A stretch of 64,000 bases of DNA from contig CAYPSO010000008.1 in NCBI GenBank assembly GCA_964413275.1, forward strand, positions 4,565 through 68,564. The letters are read 5' to 3'. Below are positions 49,138-58,134 of this stretch, piece after piece (position 1 is the stretch's first letter; every line of letters begins with the position of its first letter). Made by a program: the position numbers and the translations under genes. The notes under the pieces were generated by a model. The model saw only the letters and a list, made by a program, of their open reading frames with translations. It had not been told where the DNA came from and did not search any database. The stretch is from an uncultured bacterium. GTDB taxonomy: Bacteria > Cyanobacteriota > Cyanobacteriia > Cyanobacteriales > JAABRE01.

Positions 49138-49530
49138 CAATTTTATTTGTGGTTCATCCAATTGAAAAGCTTAATTTATTACTATATAGCAACTTAATAT
49201 TTAATAAACCAATTGAATTATAGCTAGTGAAAAACGTGAATTTTTATTTTGGGACTTACACTTACTTAAAGCTACTTAAGTATTAATATTTTTACTATGT
49301 GTTCAAAAAAAGTCGATTTTTTTATAACTCAGTAAAGATACTGGTAATGCATTTTTTTTATTACATTAAATACTTAAAAAAATACATCCTACCTAGTTAA
49401 TTACGGTTTAATACCTAGGTAAGAAAAACTGATAAAAAGATTTAGTAAACTTGGGAATATTGTATTTTTTATTGTTAACTTAGATGATAGTAAACAAAAA
49501 TTATATTACTTACGTAGTTACGAGTAAAAA

Positions 49531-50508
49531 ATGATGATAAATAAAAATCTAGAAACACTATTAACGACTTTTATGACTGTAGGAGCGTTATCTGTTTTTG
49601 GAATAGGTAATGCTGATGCGGCTGTTTTAGGTGATACTTTGCAAATTGATGATTTTAGCTTTTCGGGTAATAGTACAGCACAAATAGTTAAATCTATTAA
49701 TGCTAATTTAAGTAATAACAAAACAATTTATGATATAGGAGTAAGTCTAGGCAATTCAACTCTAATTAATGCTGCTATAAATAATGTAGCCGATCAATTA
49801 GGAATTAATATAACGGAAGCTCAGTCAATTTTACAACAACCTAATTGTGGCGTAACTTCATGTTCTAATTATAGTTTATTTAGTTCTGTCGTTGGTTCTA
49901 ATAGTAGCATTCTCGGAGGATATAGAGCCTTAAACATTACTGATTTTAGTTCCACTAATAGTAGCAATAATGCTGAAGCCGTAGTATCCGGTGGCAGTTT
50001 ATTTTACAGTAATGATACTGGTGTGAACAGTAAATTAGCAGTAATTTATGATGGTAATAATAATAAAACATTTGATGCTAATGGAAATTTGAATTTCGAT
50101 TTGACTAACTCACAAAAATTAACTGGTATTTGGGTACAAGTTGTGAGTACCGATTTAGGGGTTGATGTTGGTATTGATATTTATGATGACAATGGCAGTT
50201 TATTTTCTGCTACCACTACTAATGGTATTAGTTTAACTACCCTTGATAACGGTGACAAAGGTTATTATTTTGATTTTGTTAATGATTTTGGAGGAAATTT
50301 GAATGATTTTACAAATATCAATGCTTTAAGAATGACTTTAACCGGGCAACCTGCGGCTGATTCAGAAATTCGCTTTTTAGCTGCCTCTATGATAACTGAA
50401 GAAACTCCAACACCCACAAATATACCTGAATCTAATTTATCATGGTTGACTTTAGCTACTTTAAGCGGTTTGGGCGCTATTTCTTTTAAGCGTAAAATTA
50501 ACTTTTAG
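49531..50508 (+). CDS. secreted PEP-CTERM-type sorting-signal protein
   Basis: 325 aa. Signal peptide ending GNADA. Asn/Ser/Gly-rich beta-type body. C-terminal IPES + LSWLTLATLSGLGAISF + KRK. Confidence 0.6.
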   Translation: MMINKNLETLLTTFMTVGALSVFGIGNADAAVLGDTLQIDDFSFSGNSTAQIVKSINANLSNNKTIYDIGVSLGNSTLINAAINNVADQLGINITEAQSILQQPNCGVTSCSNYSLFSSVVGSNSSILGGYRALNITDFSSTNSSNNAEAVVSGGSLFYSNDTGVNSKLAVIYDGNNNKTFDANGNLNFDLTNSQKLTGIWVQVVSTDLGVDVGIDIYDDNGSLFSATTTNGISLTTLDNGDKGYYFDFVNDFGGNLNDFTNINALRMTLTGQPAADSEIRFLAASMITEETPTPTNIPESNLSWLTLATLSGLGAISFKRKINF

Positions 50509-50532
50509 CTTTTAGCAGTTAGCTTACAGTAG
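50505..50532. repeat. heptanucleotide array (TTAGCTT TTAGCAG TTAGCTT ACAGTAG)
   Basis: The first unit supplies the TAG stop (50506-50508). Confidence 0.8.
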
Positions 50533-50538
50533 TGGTAA

Positions 50539-50642
50539 TAGGGTGCGTCAGACAGATAAATTATCAATAAATTCCCATTACCTGAAAAATCTGACGCACC
50601 CTACATTTGAATTTTTTTTGTAGTTCATTTAATTCAAAAGTG
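50539..50642. mobile_element. MITE-like element, family B, second copy
   Basis: Core TAGGGTGCGTCAGACAGATAAATTATCAATAAATTCCCATTACCTGAAAAATCTGACGCACCCTAC, plus a flank that is the reverse complement of the flank at 10052-10085. Confidence 0.7.
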
Positions 50643-50677
50643 CTATAAGAGAAATAACTAATAACGAATAATATTCT

Positions 50678-53143
50678 CTACTTAAATCCAAATTTGACTT
50701 TAAAATTCGGATCGACTTCTGCCCATTTACTAATATCAATTCCTTGGGAATGGGCTTGTTTTATTTCATTTTTGTTGGCAGTGTAACTAATTTTTTCACT
50801 ACGATATTCGGATGGTAATTCTTCTGCTTTAACTTTTAATTCTACTTTAGGATAAGCGGTAAAAGATAGTTTTCGTTCGTTACCAATGACTTTTTGGGCT
50901 AAAATACCTTGTAAATACCAAATTTTCAATTGTTGATGTAGCAATTGTTGTCCTTGTTTTAATTCGTTTAATTGCTCTTCTAAAATGTTTTTAACAGTTT
51001 TTAGTTTGGCATCTAAAGAGGCAATCGCCATTTCATATTGGTCATTTACCCATGCGATCGCATCTATATCTAAATTAACACTTTCCAATAATTTAATCAT
51101 ATCAGTTTCTGTTTGAGCTAATTGTAAATTTTCCCAAAGAGATTGCCCAATTTCGCTAAAATTTTGATGTAGCTCAATCACTGTTTGCTTTTCCTGAATT
51201 GAACTATTTTCCACAGTTTTGGCAACTTCTGCTAAGGATTGATGATAATGACTATTGATAGGTGCATTCAAATCATCTAACTCTTGACCTAAAATTTCTG
51301 CTAAAAAATTTTGTTGAATTTGGTTTAATTGTTCCTCATAAATACCAATAATAGCTGCGGCAGACTGCATTTTACGAGTTTGATAAATCTTGGTTAAATC
51401 TTGCAATAATTCTCGACGTATTTCCATTGATAAATGCAAATCTAAAAAACCCGATACTTGAGTATAAAAACGATTTATTTTCTCATCTAAAATATATTTT
51501 TGTTTATAGTTACCGGCATAGATCGCAATAGTAACTTTTTCTAAACAAGTTTGACCACTTAAATATTTGACAATTTCCATCATCATCCCAAGAGCCGCCT
51601 GCTCTGGGGAAACTTGGGTGCTACCTGTGACTAAAGCCGGAAAAGCAATGGAGCGCACCCCTTGAGCTTCAGCTAAATCCAAACAGCGTCGAGTTACTTT
51701 TTGGATTAAATCTGCATTAGTCAATTCTGGATTTTCGTAATCTAAAACTATAGCATGAAACAAATATTCAGCAGACAAATTGCCAGCAGTGGTAATGGCA
51801 ACTTGCCCTAATTGTTTGGGAGTGCGGCGTTGTGCTTCCTCACGAATAACCTTACCTCCGGCTTTGAGTAAAGATGCGGAAACTCCTCCTCCCATAGATA
51901 AATAAATATCATCAGAACTAACTAACACATCCGCTTGTATTTTGGTAATATCTTTATATTCGACGTTTAAGGTAGCTTGACCAATATTTTTAACCAAAAC
52001 TATTTTTTCCAGATTCTCAGGAGTAAGTGGAGGATAATTAACTGTTTTGACTTGAGGATTAATCGCCAAATTATGTAAAGATTGCCAAGTTAAAGGTTGA
52101 GTAGCGGGATTTTGGCAAATTACAGGTAGCCAAGTGGCACAAGGATATTTTTTTTCTAAAGGTTGCAGTTTTTCTCGTGCTTGTCTCACGCTGAGATAAA
52201 GACTTTCACCCTTCGCAAAAGCAGTAAGAAATTCTCTGAGAAATCTTTGGGCAATAATGTCAGGTACAATTTCCCGCATGACAATAATTTGGGATAGTTG
52301 CAAGGTTTCCAGGGCTTGAGCTAAACCTAAACCATCACAGGAGTTAAAAATAGCTAGTCGCAAACCATTATGAATTGCTTTAGTGAGAGCATTTTTTAAT
52401 TCGGTAATAGTAAGGAAATCTGTCGTATTAATTTGGAATTGCCCTTGGGAGTTACTATGCCCGGCAAAAAATAGAATATCCCAAGATTCTTCGTAGAGAT
52501 AATCGTTAAGTTGTTGTCTGCTAGGATTAATGAGAAAATAAGGCTCCGCATCGGATAAGGAAGCAATGATTTGTTTGTCTGTGTCAATGTCGATGCCTGT
52601 GTTGTTACCAAGAATAGCTAGAATTTTGATGGCATTGCGATTACTAGCATTCAAATTAACCGTAGCATATTCAGCAGGACTAAGAGCAACTTCGGCTCTA
52701 GGGTGAGAGTCTAAAAAGGATTCAAAAAAAATATGCCAAGGAAGACGACGTAAAGTTAAGTCTTGAGTTTGTACTAAAAGCCTAATTTCTTCATTATTAT
52801 TCACTTCTGAGAGAAGTTTTTCCCTAACTTTAGCGAGGGTTTGTGAGTTATACCACTTATTTAATTGTTGCTTGAGATTGTCGGCGTGATTTTGACAGGA
52901 ATGGGAAATATTAGTAATTTGTATGATGGGCGCACCGAGTCTAACTTCCGTACTGAGGTTACGATAATTATGCTGCCAAGTTTGATAATTTTGAGATAGG
53001 GTGGGTAAAGGTGGCAATTTTCCTTTAACTATAGTAAAGGGATGAGTAATTGATTCTGGATCATCTTCAGCAATTTGAAGATTAATCGGAAAACCACTAT
53101 CAAAGTTGCCATCTTCTAAGCGAAAAATGATTAGTTTGCCCAC
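50678..53143 (-). CDS. CHAT (caspase-like) protease domain fused to a Macro (ADP-ribose-binding/hydrolase) domain and a coiled-coil C-terminal region
   Basis: 821 aa. His-Cys dyad context ILFFAGHS (His229) and AIFNSCDG (Cys269). Macro block at about aa 385-545 (DITKIQADVLVSSDD..MGGGVSASLLKAGG...AITTAGNL..YLFHAIV...RSIAFPALVTG). The remainder is heptad-rich. Confidence 0.75.
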   Translation of the reverse strand: MGKLIIFRLEDGNFDSGFPINLQIAEDDPESITHPFTIVKGKLPPLPTLSQNYQTWQHNYRNLSTEVRLGAPIIQITNISHSCQNHADNLKQQLNKWYNSQTLAKVREKLLSEVNNNEEIRLLVQTQDLTLRRLPWHIFFESFLDSHPRAEVALSPAEYATVNLNASNRNAIKILAILGNNTGIDIDTDKQIIASLSDAEPYFLINPSRQQLNDYLYEESWDILFFAGHSNSQGQFQINTTDFLTITELKNALTKAIHNGLRLAIFNSCDGLGLAQALETLQLSQIIVMREIVPDIIAQRFLREFLTAFAKGESLYLSVRQAREKLQPLEKKYPCATWLPVICQNPATQPLTWQSLHNLAINPQVKTVNYPPLTPENLEKIVLVKNIGQATLNVEYKDITKIQADVLVSSDDIYLSMGGGVSASLLKAGGKVIREEAQRRTPKQLGQVAITTAGNLSAEYLFHAIVLDYENPELTNADLIQKVTRRCLDLAEAQGVRSIAFPALVTGSTQVSPEQAALGMMMEIVKYLSGQTCLEKVTIAIYAGNYKQKYILDEKINRFYTQVSGFLDLHLSMEIRRELLQDLTKIYQTRKMQSAAAIIGIYEEQLNQIQQNFLAEILGQELDDLNAPINSHYHQSLAEVAKTVENSSIQEKQTVIELHQNFSEIGQSLWENLQLAQTETDMIKLLESVNLDIDAIAWVNDQYEMAIASLDAKLKTVKNILEEQLNELKQGQQLLHQQLKIWYLQGILAQKVIGNERKLSFTAYPKVELKVKAEELPSEYRSEKISYTANKNEIKQAHSQGIDISKWAEVDPNFKVKFGFK

Positions 53144-53176
53144 AACTATTCCATTAAATTAAATTACTGCTAGATA

Positions 53177-53638
53177 TTATAACATTATTGGAGATTGTTC
53201 GTATAAAAGTAGGGGATGACCGTCAAAATCTCTAAAGGTTTGTTCGGTAAAATTTAAGTTATTTTCTGTGGTAAAAGTATTGGGTTTAATCACTTCTAAA
53301 TTGAGTTTTTTTACTTGTTCAATTTTATTTTTAAGTTGATTAACTTGAATAACTAAAGCACAACTATAAGACATATTTGGAGGAGATAATTTTATACCTT
53401 TTACTTCCGTTAAAGCTAAAACTCTGGGCTCATGGGGACTATCTAAAGAAGCAAAAGTTATTTCAGCTTCGGGTGGTAAATTAAATAGTGAATATAAATA
53501 AGAATCAGATGAAGCTTTACTAGAATAGGTTAATTTAAAACCAAGAATGTCTTGATAAAGTGTTAGCGATCGCTCTAAATTAGATATAGTTAAACAAGGT
53601 CGTCTAATTAGTAATATTTCTTCGATATTGGGAGACAT
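53177..53638 (-). CDS. VOC (glyoxalase/bleomycin-resistance/dioxygenase) superfamily protein
   Basis: 153 aa; PCLTISNLERSLTLYQDILGFKL and C-terminal FRDFDGHPLLLYE. Confidence 0.55.
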   Translation of the reverse strand: MSPNIEEILLIRRPCLTISNLERSLTLYQDILGFKLTYSSKASSDSYLYSLFNLPPEAEITFASLDSPHEPRVLALTEVKGIKLSPPNMSYSCALVIQVNQLKNKIEQVKKLNLEVIKPNTFTTENNLNFTEQTFRDFDGHPLLLYEQSPIML

Positions 53639-53643
53639 AATGA

Positions 53644-53671
53644 ATAGTTAATAGTTAATAGTTGATAGTAA
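53644..53671. repeat. heptanucleotide array (ATAGTTA x2, ATAGTTG, ATAGTAA)
   Basis: Lies 5 nt upstream of the VOC gene start. Confidence 0.8.
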
Positions 53672-53709
53672 AAAAATATACATCAATCATCCTAAATAAT
53701 TCATTAATT

Positions 53710-54867
53710 TTATATTAATTTTGATATTTTTTGAACAGTTTGAATAATTATTTTTGCTGCTTGTTCGATTTCTGATGCGGTAGTAAATTTACCAATACCT
53801 ATTCTTAATGCACCCTCAATTATTTCCTCGTCAAGATTCATTGCTCTTAAGACATGAGAAGGAGCTTCAACCCCAGATGAGCAAGCAGCACCGGTCGAAA
53901 TAGCTAGTTTATCTCTAATTCTGGCAATAATGGCACTATTGGGAATATTTGGTATAGAGATATGTAAATTACCAGCTAAACGATTATTTATATCTCCATT
54001 AATAACTAAATCGGGAATTTCTGATTCTAGTAAATTTTGTAATTTATCTCGTAAAAAAGCGATCCTTTTTTCATCTTTTTGCATTTCTAAGTGACGTAAA
54101 TGACAAGCTTCCCCTAAACCAACAATTCCGGGTACATTTAAAGTACCAGAGCGCAATCCATTTTGATGTCCACCACCATAAATCATCGGTTTTAAATAAT
54201 AATCTTTTTTAATTATTAATGCACCAATACCTTTAGGAGCATATAATTTATGACCAGAAATAGTTAAATAAGTAATACCCCAATCTTGAAAATTAATCGG
54301 AATTTTCCCTACTGCTTGAGACGCATCACATAAGAAAGGAATCTGATATTTTTGGGCAATTTTACTAATATTTTGAATCGGGTAAATAGTGCCTACTTCA
54401 TTATTCGCAGCCATGACACATAATAAAGAAGCACCCATTGAACAAATTTCTTCTAAATATTCTAAATCAAGGCGGGCTTTTCGATCTATTTTTAACCAGA
54501 TTATTTCCGTTAATCCTTTTTTTGTTAATACTTCAAAAGTATCCAAAACTGCTTTATGTTCGACTGGTAAAACTATTAAACGAGCAGGTTGAAAATTGTT
54601 AATATTTTTGTTAATTTTTCCTTGAATTACTAAATTAATGCTTTCCGTTGCACCACTGGTAAAAATAATTTCTTGAGGTGATGAATTTATTAAGTTTGCT
54701 ATTTGTTTTTTTGCTTGAATTACAGCTTTTTTTGCTTCATTGCCATAGAGATGATCCACACTATTGGCATTACCAAAATCTGTAGTCATGTAATATAAAA
54801 CTTTTTCTGCAACTCTTAAATCTACAGGCGTGGTTGCCTGATAATCAAGATAAATTGGGTTAGACAT
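53710..54867 (-). CDS. NifS/IscS-type cysteine desulfurase (class V aminotransferase)
   Basis: Start taken at MSNPIYLDYQATTP. PLP lysine in SGHKLYAPKG. Catalytic Cys loop STGAACSSG. Confidence 0.9.
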   Translation of the reverse strand: MSNPIYLDYQATTPVDLRVAEKVLYYMTTDFGNANSVDHLYGNEAKKAVIQAKKQIANLINSSPQEIIFTSGATESINLVIQGKINKNINNFQPARLIVLPVEHKAVLDTFEVLTKKGLTEIIWLKIDRKARLDLEYLEEICSMGASLLCVMAANNEVGTIYPIQNISKIAQKYQIPFLCDASQAVGKIPINFQDWGITYLTISGHKLYAPKGIGALIIKKDYYLKPMIYGGGHQNGLRSGTLNVPGIVGLGEACHLRHLEMQKDEKRIAFLRDKLQNLLESEIPDLVINGDINNRLAGNLHISIPNIPNSAIIARIRDKLAISTGAACSSGVEAPSHVLRAMNLDEEIIEGALRIGIGKFTTASEIEQAAKIIIQTVQKISKLI

Positions 54868-54943
54868 TCTAATTGATTTTAAAATCTTTATCAGCAATTA
54901 TTGTAAAATAAATTTAGTGTAATATTCATAAAATATTTAAGCC

Positions 54944-55165
54944 ATGATTAAAACTTTTACTGCTTATATTGAGTACGATTCAGAAACTAAATTGTATGTA
55001 GGCATTATTCCATCTCTTAGAGGAGTTCATTCTCAAGGTGCAACCTTAGATGAATTACAGCATAATTTAAAAGAAGTTTTAGAGTTATGTTTGGAAGAAT
55101 CTGAAGAAGATTGGAGTAATTTGCCTCAGTTTATAGGTATTCAACAAATTGAGGTTGCTTTATGA
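54944..55165 (+). CDS. hicB: HicB-family (UPF0150) antitoxin
   Basis: 73 aa; FTAYIEYDSETKLYVGIIPSLRGVHSQGATLDELQHNLKEVLELCLEE. Confidence 0.7.
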   Translation: MIKTFTAYIEYDSETKLYVGIIPSLRGVHSQGATLDELQHNLKEVLELCLEESEEDWSNLPQFIGIQQIEVAL

Positions 55166-55395
55166 GTCGCTTACCAATTGTTAACTATAAAACAGTTAAT
55201 AAACTATTAATAAAATTGGGATTTTCAATAATTAGACAAAAGGGAAGTCATGGTTTTTATCGTCATCCTGATGGGAGAACAACAACTGTACCAAATCATC
55301 AAGGTAGAGATTTAGCAAGACCATTATTAAGAGAAATTTTAAGAGAAATTAAATTAACGGTTGATGAATTTAATGAGGAATTACAAAATCTTTGA
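55162..55395 (+). CDS. hicA: HicA-family mRNA interferase toxin
   Basis: 77 aa; LIKLGFSIIRQKGSHGFYRHPDGRTTTVPNHQGRDL. 4-nt ATGA overlap with hicB. Confidence 0.8.
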   Translation: MSRLPIVNYKTVNKLLIKLGFSIIRQKGSHGFYRHPDGRTTTVPNHQGRDLARPLLREILREIKLTVDEFNEELQNL

Positions 55396-55433
55396 TTAGT
55401 AAAGCATAATTTATTATTAACACCATAAGGTAT

Positions 55434-56885
55434 TTATTTGACATCAACATAAATATCTTTTTCATATTGTTTAAATTCATCATCAAGGTTATATAATAAA
55501 TTACGTATTTGTTGACGGAGTAGTCTAGCAGGATTTAAACAATCTCGTTGATAATCTTGTATGGTTAATTCAAGATGAGGGTAAAGAAGTTTTAAAAATC
55601 CTGATGCAGTTTTAAGAATTGCTTGTTGGTCTCTAATTGTTGCATTATTATCGAATTGAGTATGTTGTTGAACATATTGATAAAAGCGGTTATCTTTTCT
55701 TAATGATAATAAGGCTTCTCCAAAAAAGTCCATTTTAAAACCTGTTTGACTCGCTATCATTTCTCTTTGAAATTTAGGAATTTCCCAACCGGGTAAAATA
55801 CCAGCAAAACGATCTAAAAATGCTGTTTCTGAGAAAAATTTAGGTAAATTAGCCATTAAATTATATTCATTTTTAGGAAGTTGATATTCATCTAATTCAA
55901 TATTTCCTAATAATACTAAAGAGCAATCACTAGCAATATCAGCAAATCCAGAACGATTATAACGTCCATTTGCTAGATAAGTTTTTAAGGGTCCGATAAT
56001 TTCATCAGGATTATCAAATGTTAAACTTTGAACTTCATCTAATACTACGACATCATAACGTCCTAATAAACCGACTTCTTTGGTTTTGCCATCAATAAAT
56101 AATTTAGCAGGGGTTATTTTACCACCACTAACTACAGAAACTTTATTATTTATATTCTCATAGACAAAGCTTTTTCCTGTTCCTTTGGGGGCTAATTCTA
56201 TTAGATGATAGTTAGATTCTAGCAAGGGTAATAAACGAGTTAATATCCATGTTTTAGCCTTATAAGTATAACTAGAATGTTCGGGATTAAAACCCATTGA
56301 ACAAAACATTAAATCTCGCCATTCGTCTATGGTAAATTGAGAACGAAATTGGGCATAAATTTTGAGATCAACTTCGGAACATTGAAAGGGATCGAAATCT
56401 ATGACAGATACTTTAAATTTACCATCTATAGTATTTTTATATCTTAAAGTTATTTTCCCCCAAACTCCTTGTCTTAATAACATTTGATAACGTTCTACAA
56501 TATCTGTCGAAATTTCACAATCTGATAAATTTAAAATAGGAATATTAGCTAAAGGTTCGGGTATTTGTTTGGCATTATTATCTAATTTGATTCTGACTTG
56601 AAGCAAGGCAATTAATTTATATATTTCTCCTTGAGTTAGTTGAAATTTAATCACTTCTTGATCATCTTTTCTGGGAAATGCTTTTTGCACAAAAGTATTA
56701 ATTTTTTCTTTTTCAATATCAGTTAAAATTCCTGTGCCATGTACAATTTTATCTAGTAACCATTCAGCAACAAAACTAGGCACTCCTAATGTAGTTAATC
56801 CACTTGAAGGTAAGCGTTTTTTATCAATACTTAGTGATTTACATACCTTAGTAACTAAGTCGCTGTTATAATTAGAAAAAGTCAT
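55434..56885 (-). CDS. TIGR02688-type AAA+ ATPase (short BrxL-like, no Lon protease domain)
   Basis: 483 aa. N-terminal LGVPSFVAEWLLDKIV as in BrxL N-domains. Walker A APKGTGKSF. Walker B DVVVLDEVQS. Confidence 0.65.
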   Translation of the reverse strand: MTFSNYNSDLVTKVCKSLSIDKKRLPSSGLTTLGVPSFVAEWLLDKIVHGTGILTDIEKEKINTFVQKAFPRKDDQEVIKFQLTQGEIYKLIALLQVRIKLDNNAKQIPEPLANIPILNLSDCEISTDIVERYQMLLRQGVWGKITLRYKNTIDGKFKVSVIDFDPFQCSEVDLKIYAQFRSQFTIDEWRDLMFCSMGFNPEHSSYTYKAKTWILTRLLPLLESNYHLIELAPKGTGKSFVYENINNKVSVVSGGKITPAKLFIDGKTKEVGLLGRYDVVVLDEVQSLTFDNPDEIIGPLKTYLANGRYNRSGFADIASDCSLVLLGNIELDEYQLPKNEYNLMANLPKFFSETAFLDRFAGILPGWEIPKFQREMIASQTGFKMDFFGEALLSLRKDNRFYQYVQQHTQFDNNATIRDQQAILKTASGFLKLLYPHLELTIQDYQRDCLNPARLLRQQIRNLLYNLDDEFKQYEKDIYVDVK

Positions 56886-58134
56886 CTAAACCTCCTTGAA
56901 TACCGCTATTAAAGACTTGTTTAATAGTTATTTGTGAGTCTGGATTAAGATTAAATTCTCCTGATTCATTGTTGGCAAATATAAAAGTTATTTTACCTGA
57001 TAATTGAATATTATCTTTATCTTTATTAATAGGTAATTCTGGACATTGATTAATAGATATTTCGTGAGTAATTTTTTCATTAGATTTAATAGTTATATCT
57101 AACATTTTTCCTGTTTTTAATTCAGGATAATTTTTAACTATCCAATTGACAAAACTATCAGCTAATTTTTCACTAATTTGCTCTTCTTTCGGGAGAATAT
57201 TAATAGTTGTTTCCCATTTCCTGAAGGGTAAATAAGATTCAGTAGCCCATTTTAAAGCATCTTGAGAACTAGCATTTATTGACAAAGGTAAAGGTTTTTG
57301 AGGCGGTAATTTTTCTTGTAATTGAAATATTTTTTGATTAGTTAAATAAACACTAATTTTAGTAATTATTTCTTGAGTAAGCCAACTAGGATTATTTAAC
57401 AAAATTTCATAAGCAAGATTGGCAATTATTTGATTACCTGTTTGTTGGGGTAACATTAATCGATCTAAAATTTTCCCTTCACTTTGATAAATTTTTTCTT
57501 GCCAAAATTCCCAAAATTTTGCTTTACAAATATCAGGAATGTCTAAAGGATATGTCCCTAATTCCTTAATAATTTGATCGTCATTATTTAACCCTAACCA
57601 ACTTTTTAATAGTTGCTCTTTATTTTTAACTTGATAATAGTTGAGTAAATGATGATGATGATTATTAGTAATATAATTTAGCCAAACATCTGCAACTATT
57701 TTATATTCTTGAGGAATTATAATAGATAACCATTGAGCTAAATGTTTTACTGATAAGTTATCAATTAGCCAAAAAGATTCTTCAGTATTAGTTACATCAG
57801 CTAATAAGTATTCAATTTTGTGATTTGAGGCATAACTATCAAGCTGAGTAACAACTTGTAAAATGTGCAAATCATCCCAATTATCAGGAATAGATATAGG
57901 AGTAAAAATAGCTTCTAATTTTAAACGTGGGTTTTGTTTTTTTTCAATTATTAAGTCAGATTTTTGCCAAACTCTTAACCATTCTTCTGTCCAATTACAG
58001 AGTTGTTTACCCTTAATCCAATAAGCATCATTTTTAAGGGTCAAATATTTTAACCATTCTACTTCTGTAGTAATAACAATATACTCACCAAGAGCTTTAT
58101 ATAATCCAGTAGGATCTAAAATAATTTTACTCAT
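56872..58134 (-). CDS. 420-aa protein of unknown function, translationally coupled on both sides
   Basis: No motif recognised (no PglZ phosphatase or PP-loop motif). Its start overlaps the Uma2 stop by 8 nt and its stop overlaps the AAA+ start by 14 nt. Confidence 0.5.
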   Translation of the reverse strand: MSKIILDPTGLYKALGEYIVITTEVEWLKYLTLKNDAYWIKGKQLCNWTEEWLRVWQKSDLIIEKKQNPRLKLEAIFTPISIPDNWDDLHILQVVTQLDSYASNHKIEYLLADVTNTEESFWLIDNLSVKHLAQWLSIIIPQEYKIVADVWLNYITNNHHHHLLNYYQVKNKEQLLKSWLGLNNDDQIIKELGTYPLDIPDICKAKFWEFWQEKIYQSEGKILDRLMLPQQTGNQIIANLAYEILLNNPSWLTQEIITKISVYLTNQKIFQLQEKLPPQKPLPLSINASSQDALKWATESYLPFRKWETTINILPKEEQISEKLADSFVNWIVKNYPELKTGKMLDITIKSNEKITHEISINQCPELPINKDKDNIQLSGKITFIFANNESGEFNLNPDSQITIKQVFNSGIQGGLDDFF

